From: Piedraia hortae CBS 480.64
Taxonomy: Eukaryota
Direction of reading: 5' to 3'
Assembly: GCA_010093745.1 (NCBI GenBank)
Contig: MU005983.1
Coordinates: 186,001 to 218,451 of the forward strand
Length of the DNA: 32,451 bases
The notes under the pieces were generated by a model. That model ran no database searches. It saw nothing but the letters and a program-made list of their open reading frames with translations, and was not told where the DNA came from. Positions 1 to 10,011 of this stretch are shown one piece after another (position 1 is the first letter of the stretch; the number at the start of each line of letters is the position of its first letter). The position numbers and the translations under genes were made by a program.

Positions 1-138
1 CTCCGGCGGAACGTTGTCGATCAGATAATCACACTAGTCTAATCCGGTTAAGCGTCCTTTTTTTGCAATCGCGGGGCTACCCCACCAATCAGTCAGACGA
101 CTTCCTCTACGCGCAAAACACAGTGTACTTTGGATGCA

Positions 139-661
139 ATGGCTGGTACGTTGGAGCTGCATACGGATCGTGCTCTGCTAACAATTATTTAGCACCTTTC
201 GAAACAATAGCCGGTTCGTACACGAGCGCACGATGCGAGTGCGACAGCTGACGAAGACTGCAGAACAATTTGTTCAATTCTACTACACGACCTTTGACAA
301 GGACAGGTCGCAGCTGGCTTCCCTCTATGGCGCAGACTCAATGCTCACGTTTGAAAAATCCCCGTGCCAGGGTGTTGCGAATATCGTCAGCAAGCTGCAG
401 GTATGCAGCCACACGGTTGAGAAAGCCCAGGCTAACGCGATTGAGGAACTTCCTTTCCAGCAAGTCCAGCACCAAGTTGCAACACTTGACGCCCAGCCGG
501 CCGATGCAAACGGCGCCATCCTCGTTGTTGTGACCGGAGCGCTGTTAGTGGAGGAGGAGAAGAGACCAATGAGCTACACGCAGACTTTCCAGCTCAAGCC
601 CAGGGATGGAAGCTACTACGTCTTCAACGACGTCTTTCGTCTGGTATACCCGGCAGCGTAA
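139..661 (+). CDS. NTF2: Nuclear transport factor 2; exons 139-145, 193-213, 264-400, 446-661
   Basis: The spliced product [66 protein letters not shown] is typical NTF2. Introns 146-192, 214-263 and 401-445 have GT donors and CTAAC/CTGAC branch sites. Confidence 0.95.
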
Positions 662-846
662 GTAGATGCTAGTCACATGATCCGATGCCCTTTTGTTTTC
701 CACGTGACCATATGCAACGGCCGCTGAGTCATGACAATCTGGGGCCAGCTCCAACATCACATCAGCCCCGAGAGCTGCCAGAAGGGGAAGCAGCGAAGAG
801 ACGCGCAGAAAACCGATCCAATTCGACTCCAAACCAGAAAACCAAC

Positions 847-1388
847 ATGACGTTCGCCGATGAGCTCAAATCGCGCAACTTCAGTTCGTCTTCTGCTCCC
901 GCTGTTTGACCCAAACTAACCAGTAACCCAAGGCATATACGGCCAATGGACGGGCGTGCTCTGCATCCTGCTGTGCTTCGCCCTCGGCATCGCCAACATC
1001 TTCCACCTTCACTGGGTCATTCTCTTCAGTGTCTTTTGCCTGTACGGTTGCCCTCGGTCTCGAACTACAACATGCTGACATGACCAGTCTCTCGTCGTTC
1101 ATCATCCTCTTTATCGAGATCCCGCTATTGCTGCGCATTTGCCCGACATCATCTCACTTTGACGCCTTCATTCGCCGCTTCGAAACAAACTACATGCGAG
1201 CATCAATCTACCTGGTGCTGTCACTCATCCAGTGGCTTTCGCTTATCGCGGCGAGCACTTCATTGATCGCCTGCGCCGTTGTCCTACTGCTTGCTGCAAT
1301 CTTCTATGCTCTTGCCGGCGTCAGAGGCCAGGCGTTTGCGAACAGCAAGGCTCTCGGCGGACAGGGCGTGGCGCAGATGATCGTTTAG
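847..1388 (+). CDS. TVP18: Golgi membrane protein Tvp18; exons 847-883, 933-1041, 1088-1388
   Basis: The spliced product MTFADELKSRNFSIYGQWTGVLCILLCFALGIANIF..IEIPLLLRICPTS..LGGQGVAQMIV matches Tvp18 motifs. Introns are 884-932 and 1042-1087. Confidence 0.92.
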
Positions 1389-1524
1389 ATGAGGTTGGAA
1401 GGGGATCTGGAGTATGGATTCTTTTTCCTTGGTCTCGGGCTTTCGTGTTTGTTTGTAGCAACTTTTATGGTACTATCAGTGGATCAGCGGATTGACTGCC
1501 TATAGACTCAAACCCCAATGACCC

Positions 1525-4086
1525 TTACTGCAATCGTATAGCATGTCCCAACGCTCCACCGGTGAAACCGCTCCCACCACCGCGTCCGCCGGCAAAGGCC
1601 CCTCGAGAACGTCCGCCCCTAGCGCCCGTGCGACCGCGGCCGCCGCGTGCACCGCCTTGCCGCTCAAACGTGCTCGACGAACCCTGTGCGCGCTGTTCCA
1701 GAACGCGTTCGTTGCTCTCAATGAGGCCTTGAGCTTTTTCCGCCAGCGTTAGCGCCAGAGACTGCAGGCGACTAAGCTCAACGCCCTTGCGGAAGATTAT
1801 TGCGCTGTTGACCTGATCCAGGGCGGCGGCCAAGTCCTCGTGGTAGATCATCTTGCTGACAATGCTCGTCACCTTGCTTTCCGTCAGCTCAAACGTCTCG
1901 GCCAGCTTGGCAATTTTCAGGGTGTCGGTAAAGGGCGCGTAGGTGAAGAGGAAGGTTCGCAGCCCTTCCTCCTGCATCTGCCGCTCCAGCATGCTCTTGA
2001 TTTCGGCGCTGCGCGGGAGAAGGTCCCAAATCTTGATCGACGTGATGTACTCGGCCGCCTGCTTCCACTCGGCCGCCGCGAGCGCCTTGGACGCGTGCAT
2101 GACGTAGTCTCTGGTGTTTTCTGGTGGCCCCGTAAACGTCTGGCGCTCGTGATACTCAAGCATGCGCCGGTATGACTTGGACACGACGCGCTTCTTGACG
2201 TCTGGCGCTGAGCCGGCCTGGGCCAGCGTTGGCACCTCCAGCAGCATTGAGCACGTCAGGTAGACGCACTCGAGTAGTTCGAGGTTGATGTGCATATGGA
2301 AAGGCAACTGCCGCTGCCGCTCCAGCCGCTCCTGTTCCGGCGTGATCTGGCTGTAGCGCTGCATCTGGAGGCCCTGGGCGAGCAGCTCCTTTTGCCGCTG
2401 CGAGCCGCAAATGTCCTGCAGCGCCGTCTGACACTCGTACACGAGACCCGCACGGAAGGCGCAAAGGCCAATCTGCGTCAGCGTGCGATTGTAGAGGATC
2501 TGTGTGTTGACGTCGAAGCTTCCAATCGTCTCCTGCAGATGCGACATCAGCATCATGTCGCGCGCGCTGTAGTAATCGTCGTGCAGCGCGAGGTGGTAGA
2601 TCTGACACAGCATCGCCCGCGCCCGGATGATGCCGTCGGCATGCTTGAAAAGGTAGCTGCTGAGGGTGCTAATGTGCTGTTTGACATCGCCGGCACTGGT
2701 ACGCGATGCCACGGTGGAGTCTGCCTTGGCCGGCAGCTCCTTCCACGTCTTCTCCTCCAGGATTCCCACCACATTGGCTGGCTTGAAGTAAATATGCTCC
2801 AGCCGGCGGATGACGATGCGGTTGATGTTATCCTGCCGCGTCTCGACCCGGGGCTCGGCCGCCAGCCGCTCGGCGTACAACAGAGCCCGCACAATGTTGG
2901 TGTACAGCGATCCCTCGTCGGCGAGGCGCTCGACATAATCGGCTGTGTGCGGGTCCGTCTGCTGCAGCACGCGCATGAGTTCATCGTCCAGCCGCTCGAC
3001 AAACGAGATGACGCTGCCCGGCACACGGAACAGTTCACCTGGTGTAATCACCGGCTGTCGCTCATCGTCCTCCCATTCCTCGGCACCCTCGGTAACGATG
3101 ATACTGCGGTTACTGTCCAGCGCACGAAACAGGCGCGCAATTTCTTCTGACGCCGAGCGCCATTGCTCCTGAGACATGGTCGACCCAGTGCCGCCCGTCA
3201 AGTCGAAGCGTGTGGCCACCAGCATGAGCAGCACGCGGATACGCTGGTAGTCCGTCTGCGCCACATCGAGCAGGTTTTCCAGGATACGGATCTGCTCCTG
3301 TCGGTCCGTATTTTTGCGGCCGCGTGACTCGACAATGGAGCGCAAGTGCTTCAAGATACTCTCCGGCGTGTAAACCAGCGCTTTGCCGCCAGCGCCGACC
3401 GTTGTAAAGCCGTCCTCGTCATTGTCAATTTCAACTGGCACCTTCTTCTTTGCCTTCTTCACTACTGGTGCCGACTCCTCGACCACTTCCTCCTGCATGT
3501 AGGCATCGTTGTCCGCCCGGAACCTAGCTACCTCATCGGCGAGCTCCCGCACCTTCTTCTTGATCTTCTGTCGCAACGCGTTGAAGCCCTTCTGCACTGG
3601 CGGAGCCATTTTCTTGGGCTTGTCCGGCCCCTTTTGCTTCTCCAGCACCTCGTTGATGGCGTCTTCAATGCTGGCTACGGACTTGATGTACATCTTGGGT
3701 GGCCGCCCGTCCAGATCCCGCTGCAGTGTCGGAATCTGCCGCACCATGTCGTCGTAGTGCGTGTTCACTGCCGCCCAGTCGCTGTTCCTCATCTTGTTGT
3801 CGATCACCTTGATCGTGTTCTCCAGTTCGTCGAAGCGCTTGTCTTTGGCTGATTTGACAATCGTTGGTTTCTCGTCGTCCGACCCGCTTTCTGACGACAC
3901 TGACGGCGTGCGCAGGAAGCGTTTCGCGCCGCCTTTGCCATCGTCGCTGCTCGACGACTCGTCATCCGACCCCTCGCTGCTTTCTTCCTCCGACGACTCT
4001 TCTTCACTCTCGCTGTTATACAGATCCTCCTCCTCAGAGGAGCTGTCGCTGGAGCTGTCGTTTCCGTGGAAAAATCGGGAAGACAT
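1525..4086 (-). CDS. NIP1: Translation initiation factor eIF3 subunit c (853 aa, intronless)
   Basis: Starts MSSRFF, followed by an acidic Ser-rich N-terminus, [37 protein letters not shown], a PCI domain and an RGG tail. The ATG at 4086 is preferred over the ORF-track start at 4197. Confidence 0.97.
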   Translation of the reverse strand: MSSRFFHGNDSSSDSSSEEEDLYNSESEEESSEEESSEGSDDESSSSDDGKGGAKRFLRTPSVSSESGSDDEKPTIVKSAKDKRFDELENTIKVIDNKMRNSDWAAVNTHYDDMVRQIPTLQRDLDGRPPKMYIKSVASIEDAINEVLEKQKGPDKPKKMAPPVQKGFNALRQKIKKKVRELADEVARFRADNDAYMQEEVVEESAPVVKKAKKKVPVEIDNDEDGFTTVGAGGKALVYTPESILKHLRSIVESRGRKNTDRQEQIRILENLLDVAQTDYQRIRVLLMLVATRFDLTGGTGSTMSQEQWRSASEEIARLFRALDSNRSIIVTEGAEEWEDDERQPVITPGELFRVPGSVISFVERLDDELMRVLQQTDPHTADYVERLADEGSLYTNIVRALLYAERLAAEPRVETRQDNINRIVIRRLEHIYFKPANVVGILEEKTWKELPAKADSTVASRTSAGDVKQHISTLSSYLFKHADGIIRARAMLCQIYHLALHDDYYSARDMMLMSHLQETIGSFDVNTQILYNRTLTQIGLCAFRAGLVYECQTALQDICGSQRQKELLAQGLQMQRYSQITPEQERLERQRQLPFHMHINLELLECVYLTCSMLLEVPTLAQAGSAPDVKKRVVSKSYRRMLEYHERQTFTGPPENTRDYVMHASKALAAAEWKQAAEYITSIKIWDLLPRSAEIKSMLERQMQEEGLRTFLFTYAPFTDTLKIAKLAETFELTESKVTSIVSKMIYHEDLAAALDQVNSAIIFRKGVELSRLQSLALTLAEKAQGLIESNERVLEQRAQGSSSTFERQGGARGGRGRTGARGGRSRGAFAGGRGGGSGFTGGALGHAIRLQ

Positions 4087-4281
4087 GGTGTTGCTGCGGG
4101 CTTCGGCTGCCCGGCTATCAAGGGAAAATTCGGTGTGGGATGCGGAACAGTTCCGGCCACTCAGGGCTGAATGCGGGGGCGGGACGTCCCGATCCACTAC
4201 CCCACTGCTGCCCCACCACAGGCACTAACAATTCGCGACATTTCCTCAGACTCTGGTTGTCACAAACCACCACCGCCCGCG

Positions 4282-5557
4282 ATGAAGGGCTCGCGCAGCG
4301 AGTTTTGTCGTGATCTGCTGAACAATAAATGCTACCGCGGTAGAGGCTGCCAGTATCGCCACCATGGGCCCGGTACGTATCCTGTAAAATCTATTGCGAC
4401 TGAAGCTGACATGTAAGAACGTCCTGCCGGCTTCATGGCTTCGTGCGAGCTGTATCCGCCGCCGGAAAAGTGCCTCACGCTAGTCGTGGACAGGTACACG
4501 GAAGGCGTCTTCTCCGATGGCTTTATTACTATTGACGTCCGCTGTCTGTCTTTCCCGAAATACATGCGCCCTCCCAAACAGGACAAGGTCGGGACACAGA
4601 CGCATCGCCTGAGATGCCCGAAGAAGACTCCGTACGACGTATTCAAGCGTCGTTTTCACGAATCGCAACAGAAGCATGGCAAGGAGGTGCTCTTTTGGGT
4701 CGACCATGCTGATCCTCCGTCCGCTGTCATTTGTGGTGATACCGAGCTCCTGCGCACTGTGCAGCGCGAGTTCGACCCCGAACGTAAACTCGCCTCCGCA
4801 AAATATTGCGCCATTTGCTGCGAAGATTGCGCAGATTTTGTCCGTTTGCTCTACTGCAAGCATAGCTGCTGCATCTATTGCTTTCGCAGGTTCTGCGTTA
4901 CTCAGGACGGCTCCAAGCTTCCGATCGAATGCTTCGACCCTAATTGCGACAAGCTGGTGCCGATGAGGCAGATGCGTTTGCACCTTTCCTACAAGCAGCT
5001 TCTGGACCTATCGAGGCTTTCCGTGGCGCGTCATGTGGTCCAGCATCCTGCGAGGTTCCTGCGCTGCCCCACCCCTGACTGCCAAGGCAAGTTTCGCCTG
5101 GATGGCAAGCGCGTTCAGACGTGCAAGTTGTGCTCCAAAGACATTTGTGCCGAGTGCCATTCCAAAGATCATCCAGGTGAATCTTGCGAAGACTTCCGCA
5201 AACGAACTGGCAACGATCCTGAGCAACTGGCCAACTGGATGTCCCGGAACCAGACCAAGAAATGCCCCAATTGCGATACGCTGATTCAAAAGAACGGCGG
5301 ATGCGATCATTTCCAGTGCGTATTTCACATCCATTGGAGACGCTTTTACTGACTACATCGGCAGATGCATGGGTTGCCATATGCACTTATGTTTCAAATG
5401 CTTGGCAGTGTTTAAGGACCAGAACCCGGCCTACAAGCACATAATTAGCAAGCATGGCAGTTATGGAGATACAGAGGTAGAAGCCGAAGTGGCCCGGATC
5501 AACGCAATTCACCGCGCCGAAGAAGACGTAGACAACGCTCTCCTGGCCGCTCTTTAA
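4282..5557 (+). CDS. CCCH zinc finger + RBR (RING1-IBR-RING2) E3 ubiquitin ligase, ~393 aa; exons 4282-4372, 4418-5315, 5365-5557
   Basis: Exon 1 encodes C-x7-C-x5-C-x3-H (CRDLLNNKCYRGRGCQYRH). RING1 is CAIC..CKHSCCIYC..C..C and the IBR is CPTPDC..CKLC..CAEC..H..C. Removing intron 5316-5364 (GTGCGT..CAG) restores RING2 CPNC..KNGGCDHFQCMGCHMHLCFKC with the catalytic Cys. Confidence 0.88.
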
Positions 5558-5708
5558 TAGAAAGCGGTGGCGAGTCGTCAAAAAGAAAAAACAGGTGTTG
5601 TTAGTGAAACCATGCATGCATAGAGCGATGGAGTTGGGGCGTTTTCAATGGGACAATCGAATGTAGCAACCCCATATGCTGTATGATTAGAACAGATTTC
5701 TAGACCAC

Positions 5709-5739
5709 ACAGTTACCTGCTTGCTGAGCAGGTAACTGT
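5709..5739. repeat. Perfect 13-bp inverted repeat with a 5-nt spacer
   Basis: ACAGTTACCTGCT-tgctg-AGCAGGTAACTGT, read directly from the sequence. Confidence 0.9.
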
Positions 5740-5974
5740 TTTGATGTGAGCAGTATTGTGTCTTCCGACCGACGTGCCAGCTCGTTACAATATCACTTGC
5801 AGCCGTCCAGAACAAAGCTTCACTTGAACATAGAGCAGAAGGCCGAAACGACCGTGCATCGTTCTATAGGTGTGGTGCAGAATCATGTCAAATGCTCCAA
5901 TGCGCGAGTAGAGAATTGCTAGAAAAAAAAATTGCAAAGACGATCGGACATCGGGTGACATGAGCGAAAGGAGG

Positions 5975-5981
5975 AAAAAAA
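5975..5981 (-). terminator. RNA polymerase III oligo-T terminator of tRNA-Glu
   Basis: T7 run on the minus strand immediately 3' of the tRNA. Confidence 0.8.
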
Positions 5982-5982
5982 T

Positions 5983-6061
5983 TTCCGATGCGGGGAATCG
6001 AACCCCGGCCTTGCCGGCACTGCATGAGAGCGGCAAATCCTAACCACTAGACCACATCGGA
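5983..6061 (-). tRNA. tRNA-Glu(CTC) with a 7-nt intron (6018-6024)
   Basis: The minus strand reads TCCGATG TG GTCTAGTGGTTAGGAT T TGCCG CT CTC A [TGCAGTG] C CGGCA AGGC CGGGG TTCGATT CCCCG CATCGGA A. This gives a full cloverleaf with A and B boxes and an intron at the canonical 37/38 position. Confidence 0.95.
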
Positions 6062-6127
6062 GTCATATGGTATTAGGCAGCGGAACACAATATAACGCAC
6101 AAGCACTGCAGACGATGATGACTCGAG

Positions 6128-6914
6128 TGAGTCATTGGATTTGTGACTCAATCAATGGAAACTTGGTCACAAGCCTTCAGCTCTGCTCACAGAACTGGTG
6201 GATCAAGTAAAACGACACGGGACCCTTCGAGATCCAATGCGAGTGATGCGGCATAAGACTGTCCGAAGTGAAGCTTTCCATGCTACAACACTGGCTACGG
6301 TTGCCAAAAGTACCAATTTACCCTGCCTCGCATACAAGACGCTTCCAGCGACTGGACACAATGCGTCGCATGCCGATGTAGGCCACTCAAAGCAATCCAA
6401 GAAGGCAGCCCGAAACTGGCGGCCATTGAAGTACTTTTAAGATCAGCAACACAGGATACTCAAAGCGTCAGGGTACATACCTTACTAGACGCAGACGCAT
6501 CACACCATCAACCTCGATCTTTCGTTCGTTCATCAGTAATGACCACTCATTCAAGTGGTGAGATTACAACAGAAGATATTGATGACTACGCGATCCACAA
6601 GGTGTCAATGCAGATCCTCGTGGACTTATCACCAGACAGCAGGTTACACGATCAACCGGCAGAATTGAGATTACCTTCAGCCTTGCAGCAGCTGCATTAT
6701 CAGCTAACTAGGGTGCTCTCCAAGTGGGCAGAATGTCTTACCGGTTGATCATAATGACTCAGGCTCGGGGTACCATCCTTATCTAACCTATCTGGAGTCA
6801 CCCACCATTTCCTCGACACTTGTGCGGTAACCATGTTGTCTACTAGAACTTTCGCTTTCACAATGTTCAAATTGGGTACCGATATATACGACACTTATTA
6901 AGCGGAATGAGTCA
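6128..6914. promoter_or_regulatory. Four perfect TGA(C/G)TCA (Gcn4/CpcA/AP-1-type) sites
   Basis: TGAGTCA 6128-6134, TGACTCA 6144-6150, TGACTCA 6755-6761, TGAGTCA 6908-6914. The motifs are present; their function is inferred. Confidence 0.45.
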
Positions 6915-7039
6915 ATCGTAGGCAGCTGACGGATTTCAGGGTCACCCAACGATTTGTTTGGTCGGAACAGTCATGCATCGTCAGTTAACCTGATGTCTAG
7001 GCATGTTGTACGATGAGTTGCTAAGTTCTTGGGGTTTGG

Positions 7040-7046
7040 TATAAAA
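7040..7046 (+). promoter_or_regulatory. TATA box of the 7102 gene
   Basis: TATAAAA 55 nt before ATG 7102, followed by a C/T-rich leader. Confidence 0.6.
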
Positions 7047-7101
7047 CGGCCATGGTTCCATTCACTATCCACTTTCCAAAGCAACTCTTTTCCGAGCCCC
7101 A

Positions 7102-7659
7102 ATGACAAGCCATTCGTCACAATCACAGATCCCAGCCAAAACCATTCGTTTCAATACGGTAGCGGCTGGGCCATCGCCCCTCGGATTAAGTCCACGAATC
7201 TATCAACAGCCAAAATTCGTTCGGTTCGATCTTAAAACGTATGATCAACCACATAGCTCATACGCGGGAACAGCCAACCACGTCGAATTTAACTTCCAAC
7301 CAACAGAGCCGCTTCGGCATGTTAGCTTCGATCTGCGAGGCTCCCAACCACCTCGAGCCTCGCAGCCCTTGGCAATATTCGAGACTGACCCATGCGCGGG
7401 GCAAAAGTTTGCCTGGTTCAGTCTTGGTCCGAATTATTTCCCTCGCATCCCTGGTGATGGCTTGAGGTCGTCCTGGAGTTCATACTCATCCCGATACAGC
7501 TACCAAATACAGGCTCGTTCCTACTATCCGGTCGAAGAAATGTCGCACAACTATCCTCACCGCGAGTGCAGGTACAATCCCGATCGGGGCTATTGCGGAA
7601 ATTATTGGTACCATCGAGGAAATGGGAATATGTGGGGGAGGGTCAATTACTGGTCGTGA
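7102..7659 (+). CDS. Orphan family member A (185 aa) with repeated RVxF-like motifs
   Basis: Clean ATG ORF with a TATA box. The N-terminus aligns gaplessly with the 8746 and 15597 products (S8, P11, T14, I15). Contains KTIRF, KFVRF and RHVSF motifs. Confidence 0.7.
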   Translation: MTSHSSQSQIPAKTIRFNTVAAGPSPLGLSPRIYQQPKFVRFDLKTYDQPHSSYAGTANHVEFNFQPTEPLRHVSFDLRGSQPPRASQPLAIFETDPCAGQKFAWFSLGPNYFPRIPGDGLRSSWSSYSSRYSYQIQARSYYPVEEMSHNYPHRECRYNPDRGYCGNYWYHRGNGNMWGRVNYWS

Positions 7660-7869
7660 ATTCGAGTTTGGGCAACATGTGTTGAAATTTAAGTACGTAG
7701 AATAGTTTGATATTTGGTTATGTATTCCACTCATCTTGTGTCTGTCTCTGATTTTTCTGCCCAACAGTGAAATCCATAGAATGAGTTGAACAATATAGGC
7801 TTGGCGTCCCAGATGATTCATCGTGCGTACATATGAGCTTCCCCAAAAACTTACTTCACGTTGCACATC

Positions 7870-8370
7870 CTGACGCAGTCGGAATCTGTCTTTGTTTTTC
7901 CCTTCGGAGTCTGCTCTCCTCGAAAAGGAAACTCAATGATATCACTTAACTCGGGAAGCGACTTGAGCAGAGGCGACAAGGTTGTTACATTATAGAGTTG
8001 GGGCGCTCGAGTTTCCACGAATCACAGCAACACTGTGTCATGCATCATGCGCGTCTAGCCATGCATGATGCATACGCCACGCGAAACGCGATCAACGTCA
8101 ACAAACGCCACTTAGAATGATTGAATGATTGCTCATTGTATGTGAGCGTGTATGACTCCATGAATGACTCCAGGAAGCTTTGAAATAAGGAACAATAGTG
8201 AAATCGAACGTTTCGAACGAAACAATGATATCAACAAGAATACACAGCGGCACTTCACATGCACAGCCGCAATGTCACGAGCTCAGGCAAGCATATTACG
8301 TGGCCAATCAGCATCAATTGAAAATCGTATTTACCTGCAGCCTTGCGGTGGCGGCATTGCCTGCTGTTTT
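7870..8370 (-). pseudogene. Decayed spliced minus-strand partner gene, copy 1
   Basis: CTGCAG|GTAAAT donor at 8334, GCTGAT branch site, and the acceptor shifted to GAG at 8282. Peptide remnants (MMHDTVLL*FVE, KNKDRFRLRQ) match copy 2. Confidence 0.4.
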
Positions 8371-8745
8371 GAGCGCTTGGGAATCGATTAAAATTGGTTA
8401 TCTACATGTCATACATCGATCACGAGGACCCAAACCCATGTTAATCCAAGGATGCCATGTCCTTGCCAATATGACATTTGTTGCCTAGGGCGCCCTCAAA
8501 GTGCGTTCATTGGACGCAATACCATGTCAATTGATCGCAACGAGGCACTTGACACTGCTCAACCGAACACGCTCCTTGGAATAGCTCATCCATCGGGAAC
8601 CATGATGCCTCAACCGTTGCCTTGGTGTCAACCTTCAATTCGCCACCAACACTGGCATGAGCTACATAACAACCGTGGTCCTCCTCGAGACCCCTTCCAA
8701 ACCAGGGTTTTACTCACCATACCAAGACTCCAGTCGCATTCAATC

Positions 8746-9333
8746 ATGCCAACCTACTACTACGAGTCGTCGTCCCCTCGAACCACCATCCGCATTGATG
8801 TGAAAGTGCCAATGACACCAACCCGCCATACTACAACAAGGTATCACTCACCAAACCACCACCACCAAACCCCTTGCAAATATGGGAAATGTGATGCTCA
8901 CTACCCCGCCCCACCACACCGGGACCCGTACGTTATACCCCTACCACCAATCGGTCGAAACGCAACTCATGCCCGCTGCGACGACGAGCCCTTGGGATAT
9001 GCCCGCTCACATCAAGCCACAAAAGCCGAAGTAGAGGCTCTTGATCATCGATACGGCGTGCATAATTATGAGTACGGCGATGTGCAGCAATCACGCTACC
9101 GAGCGAACTTTAGGCCTGGCCGCTATGATCCGGAGACCGACCCATTCCATCAATCTGGAAGGAAAAGACCTCGAGTTAAAGAGGCTCGCTTCCAGACTGT
9201 GGTGCGGAACAGCTATCGCTATGAAAATGACCCTTGCGAATCGTCAAGGTACAGCCATAATCATTCCGAAGAGAAACGCTACAAGTCTTATGATGTGAAG
9301 TATTCCTGTGAATCGCATTACTTGTGGGATTGA
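8746..9333 (+). CDS. Orphan family member B (195 aa; Tyr/His/Arg/Pro-rich, no signal peptide)
   Basis: ATG in caatcATG context matching the paralog's aaatcATG. N-terminus MPTYYYESSSPRTTIRIDVKVPM aligns with the 15597 product. Confidence 0.7.
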   Translation: MPTYYYESSSPRTTIRIDVKVPMTPTRHTTTRYHSPNHHHQTPCKYGKCDAHYPAPPHRDPYVIPLPPIGRNATHARCDDEPLGYARSHQATKAEVEALDHRYGVHNYEYGDVQQSRYRANFRPGRYDPETDPFHQSGRKRPRVKEARFQTVVRNSYRYENDPCESSRYSHNHSEEKRYKSYDVKYSCESHYLWD

Positions 9334-9842
9334 TCGGTTGCTCAGGAATCGGCTGAGAGATGGTATAATGACAATTTCGGAGTTGGTGGTCTTTGTTTAT
9401 GTTGCTTTTCCGCTAGTCAGTTAAACATGGTTTGAATCTTCAATTTTCTAGTCACTTACCAATTTCCTTGTCTTTTCTGGTCAATATATTTGCTCGACGT
9501 CTTGATGTTGCGACGGCATAGCCGCCCATGGGTATGCGCCAAAGACCGAAATAGTTGCTGAAGCGCCGATTGGTGCATACATAGCCTCCTAGCGTCGTGA
9601 TTGGCTACTAGCCGCCCCGCTAGCCGCCTTGCGTTTTAATTGGCTAGCTGCAGATCTGTAGCCACTGGCTCGATTTTTGTATTCACGTACTGTGAGATGT
9701 GGCTTAGAGAATACTGACAATTAGTTGGGCATTCAGTGTGCTATCTTGGTCTTTACTGTGAGGTTGTCTTGGCTTGACGCATGGCTTGTCATCTGAAATT
9801 TCTCACATATTACTTGCCCAATTACACTGGGGTATCGTAGAG

Positions 9843-9978
9843 ACTGGCAAACAAGGCATTCTGAGCTAAACCCTTCTGAGATGTTCGTTGGAGTGATCAG
9901 GGACCCCGCGTCCCATTGGCAGAAAATTGTTTCCCCACATCTCAAAAGGGTTTAGCTCAGAATGCCTGGTTTGCCAGT
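9843..9978. repeat. 42-bp inverted repeat (40/42 complementary) with a 52-nt loop
   Basis: 9843-9884 ACTGGCAAACAAGGCATTCTGAGCTAAACCCTTCTGAGATGT versus the reverse complement of 9937-9978, ACTGGCAAACCAGGCATTCTGAGCTAAACCCTTTTGAGATGT. Confidence 0.95.
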
Positions 9979-10011
9979 GTGTTAACGCCATCACCCCAAA
10001 ATCGGATTCTG

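Larger units (their letters stand above)
7870..9400 (+). repeat. Copy 1 of a diverged direct segmental duplication (partner ~14820-16080)
   Basis: Colinear blocks at an offset of ~6.7-7.0 kb: ctgacgcagtcggaa/ctgatgcagccgaaa; tgtcatgcatcatgcg/tgtcatgcagcatgcg; gcacagccgcaa; ccaatcagcatcaattgaaaatcgtatttacctgcagccttgcggtgg/ccaattagcatcactctaaaattgtactcacctgcagccccgcggtgg; caataccatgtc; agatggtataatgacaatttcggagttggtgg/agatgggatgatgaagagttcgtcgttagtgg. The ends are approximate. Confidence 0.85.

Noticed and set aside
1500..4313. Many long ORFs antisense to or overlapping NIP1 (e.g. 2290-3150)
   Set aside because: Shadow ORFs produced by high GC at third codon positions; no recognisable motifs.
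5640..5710. CTAGACCACA 10-mer shared with the tRNA 5' region (possible tRNA/SINE relic)
   Set aside because: No cloverleaf and no convincing B box.
6539..6748. 69-aa ORF between the tRNA and gene A
   Set aside because: Short, with no motif and no workable splice model. It may be a relic, but that cannot be supported.
8040..8073. 11-bp inverted repeat ATGCATCATGC/GCATGATGCAT
   Set aside because: Built from low-complexity ATGC palindromes; the full hairpin is not retained in duplicate copy 2.
8452..8745. N-terminal 98 aa of ORF 8452-9333
   Set aside because: This stretch aligns with the paralog's non-coding promoter; the homologous start is ATG 8746.
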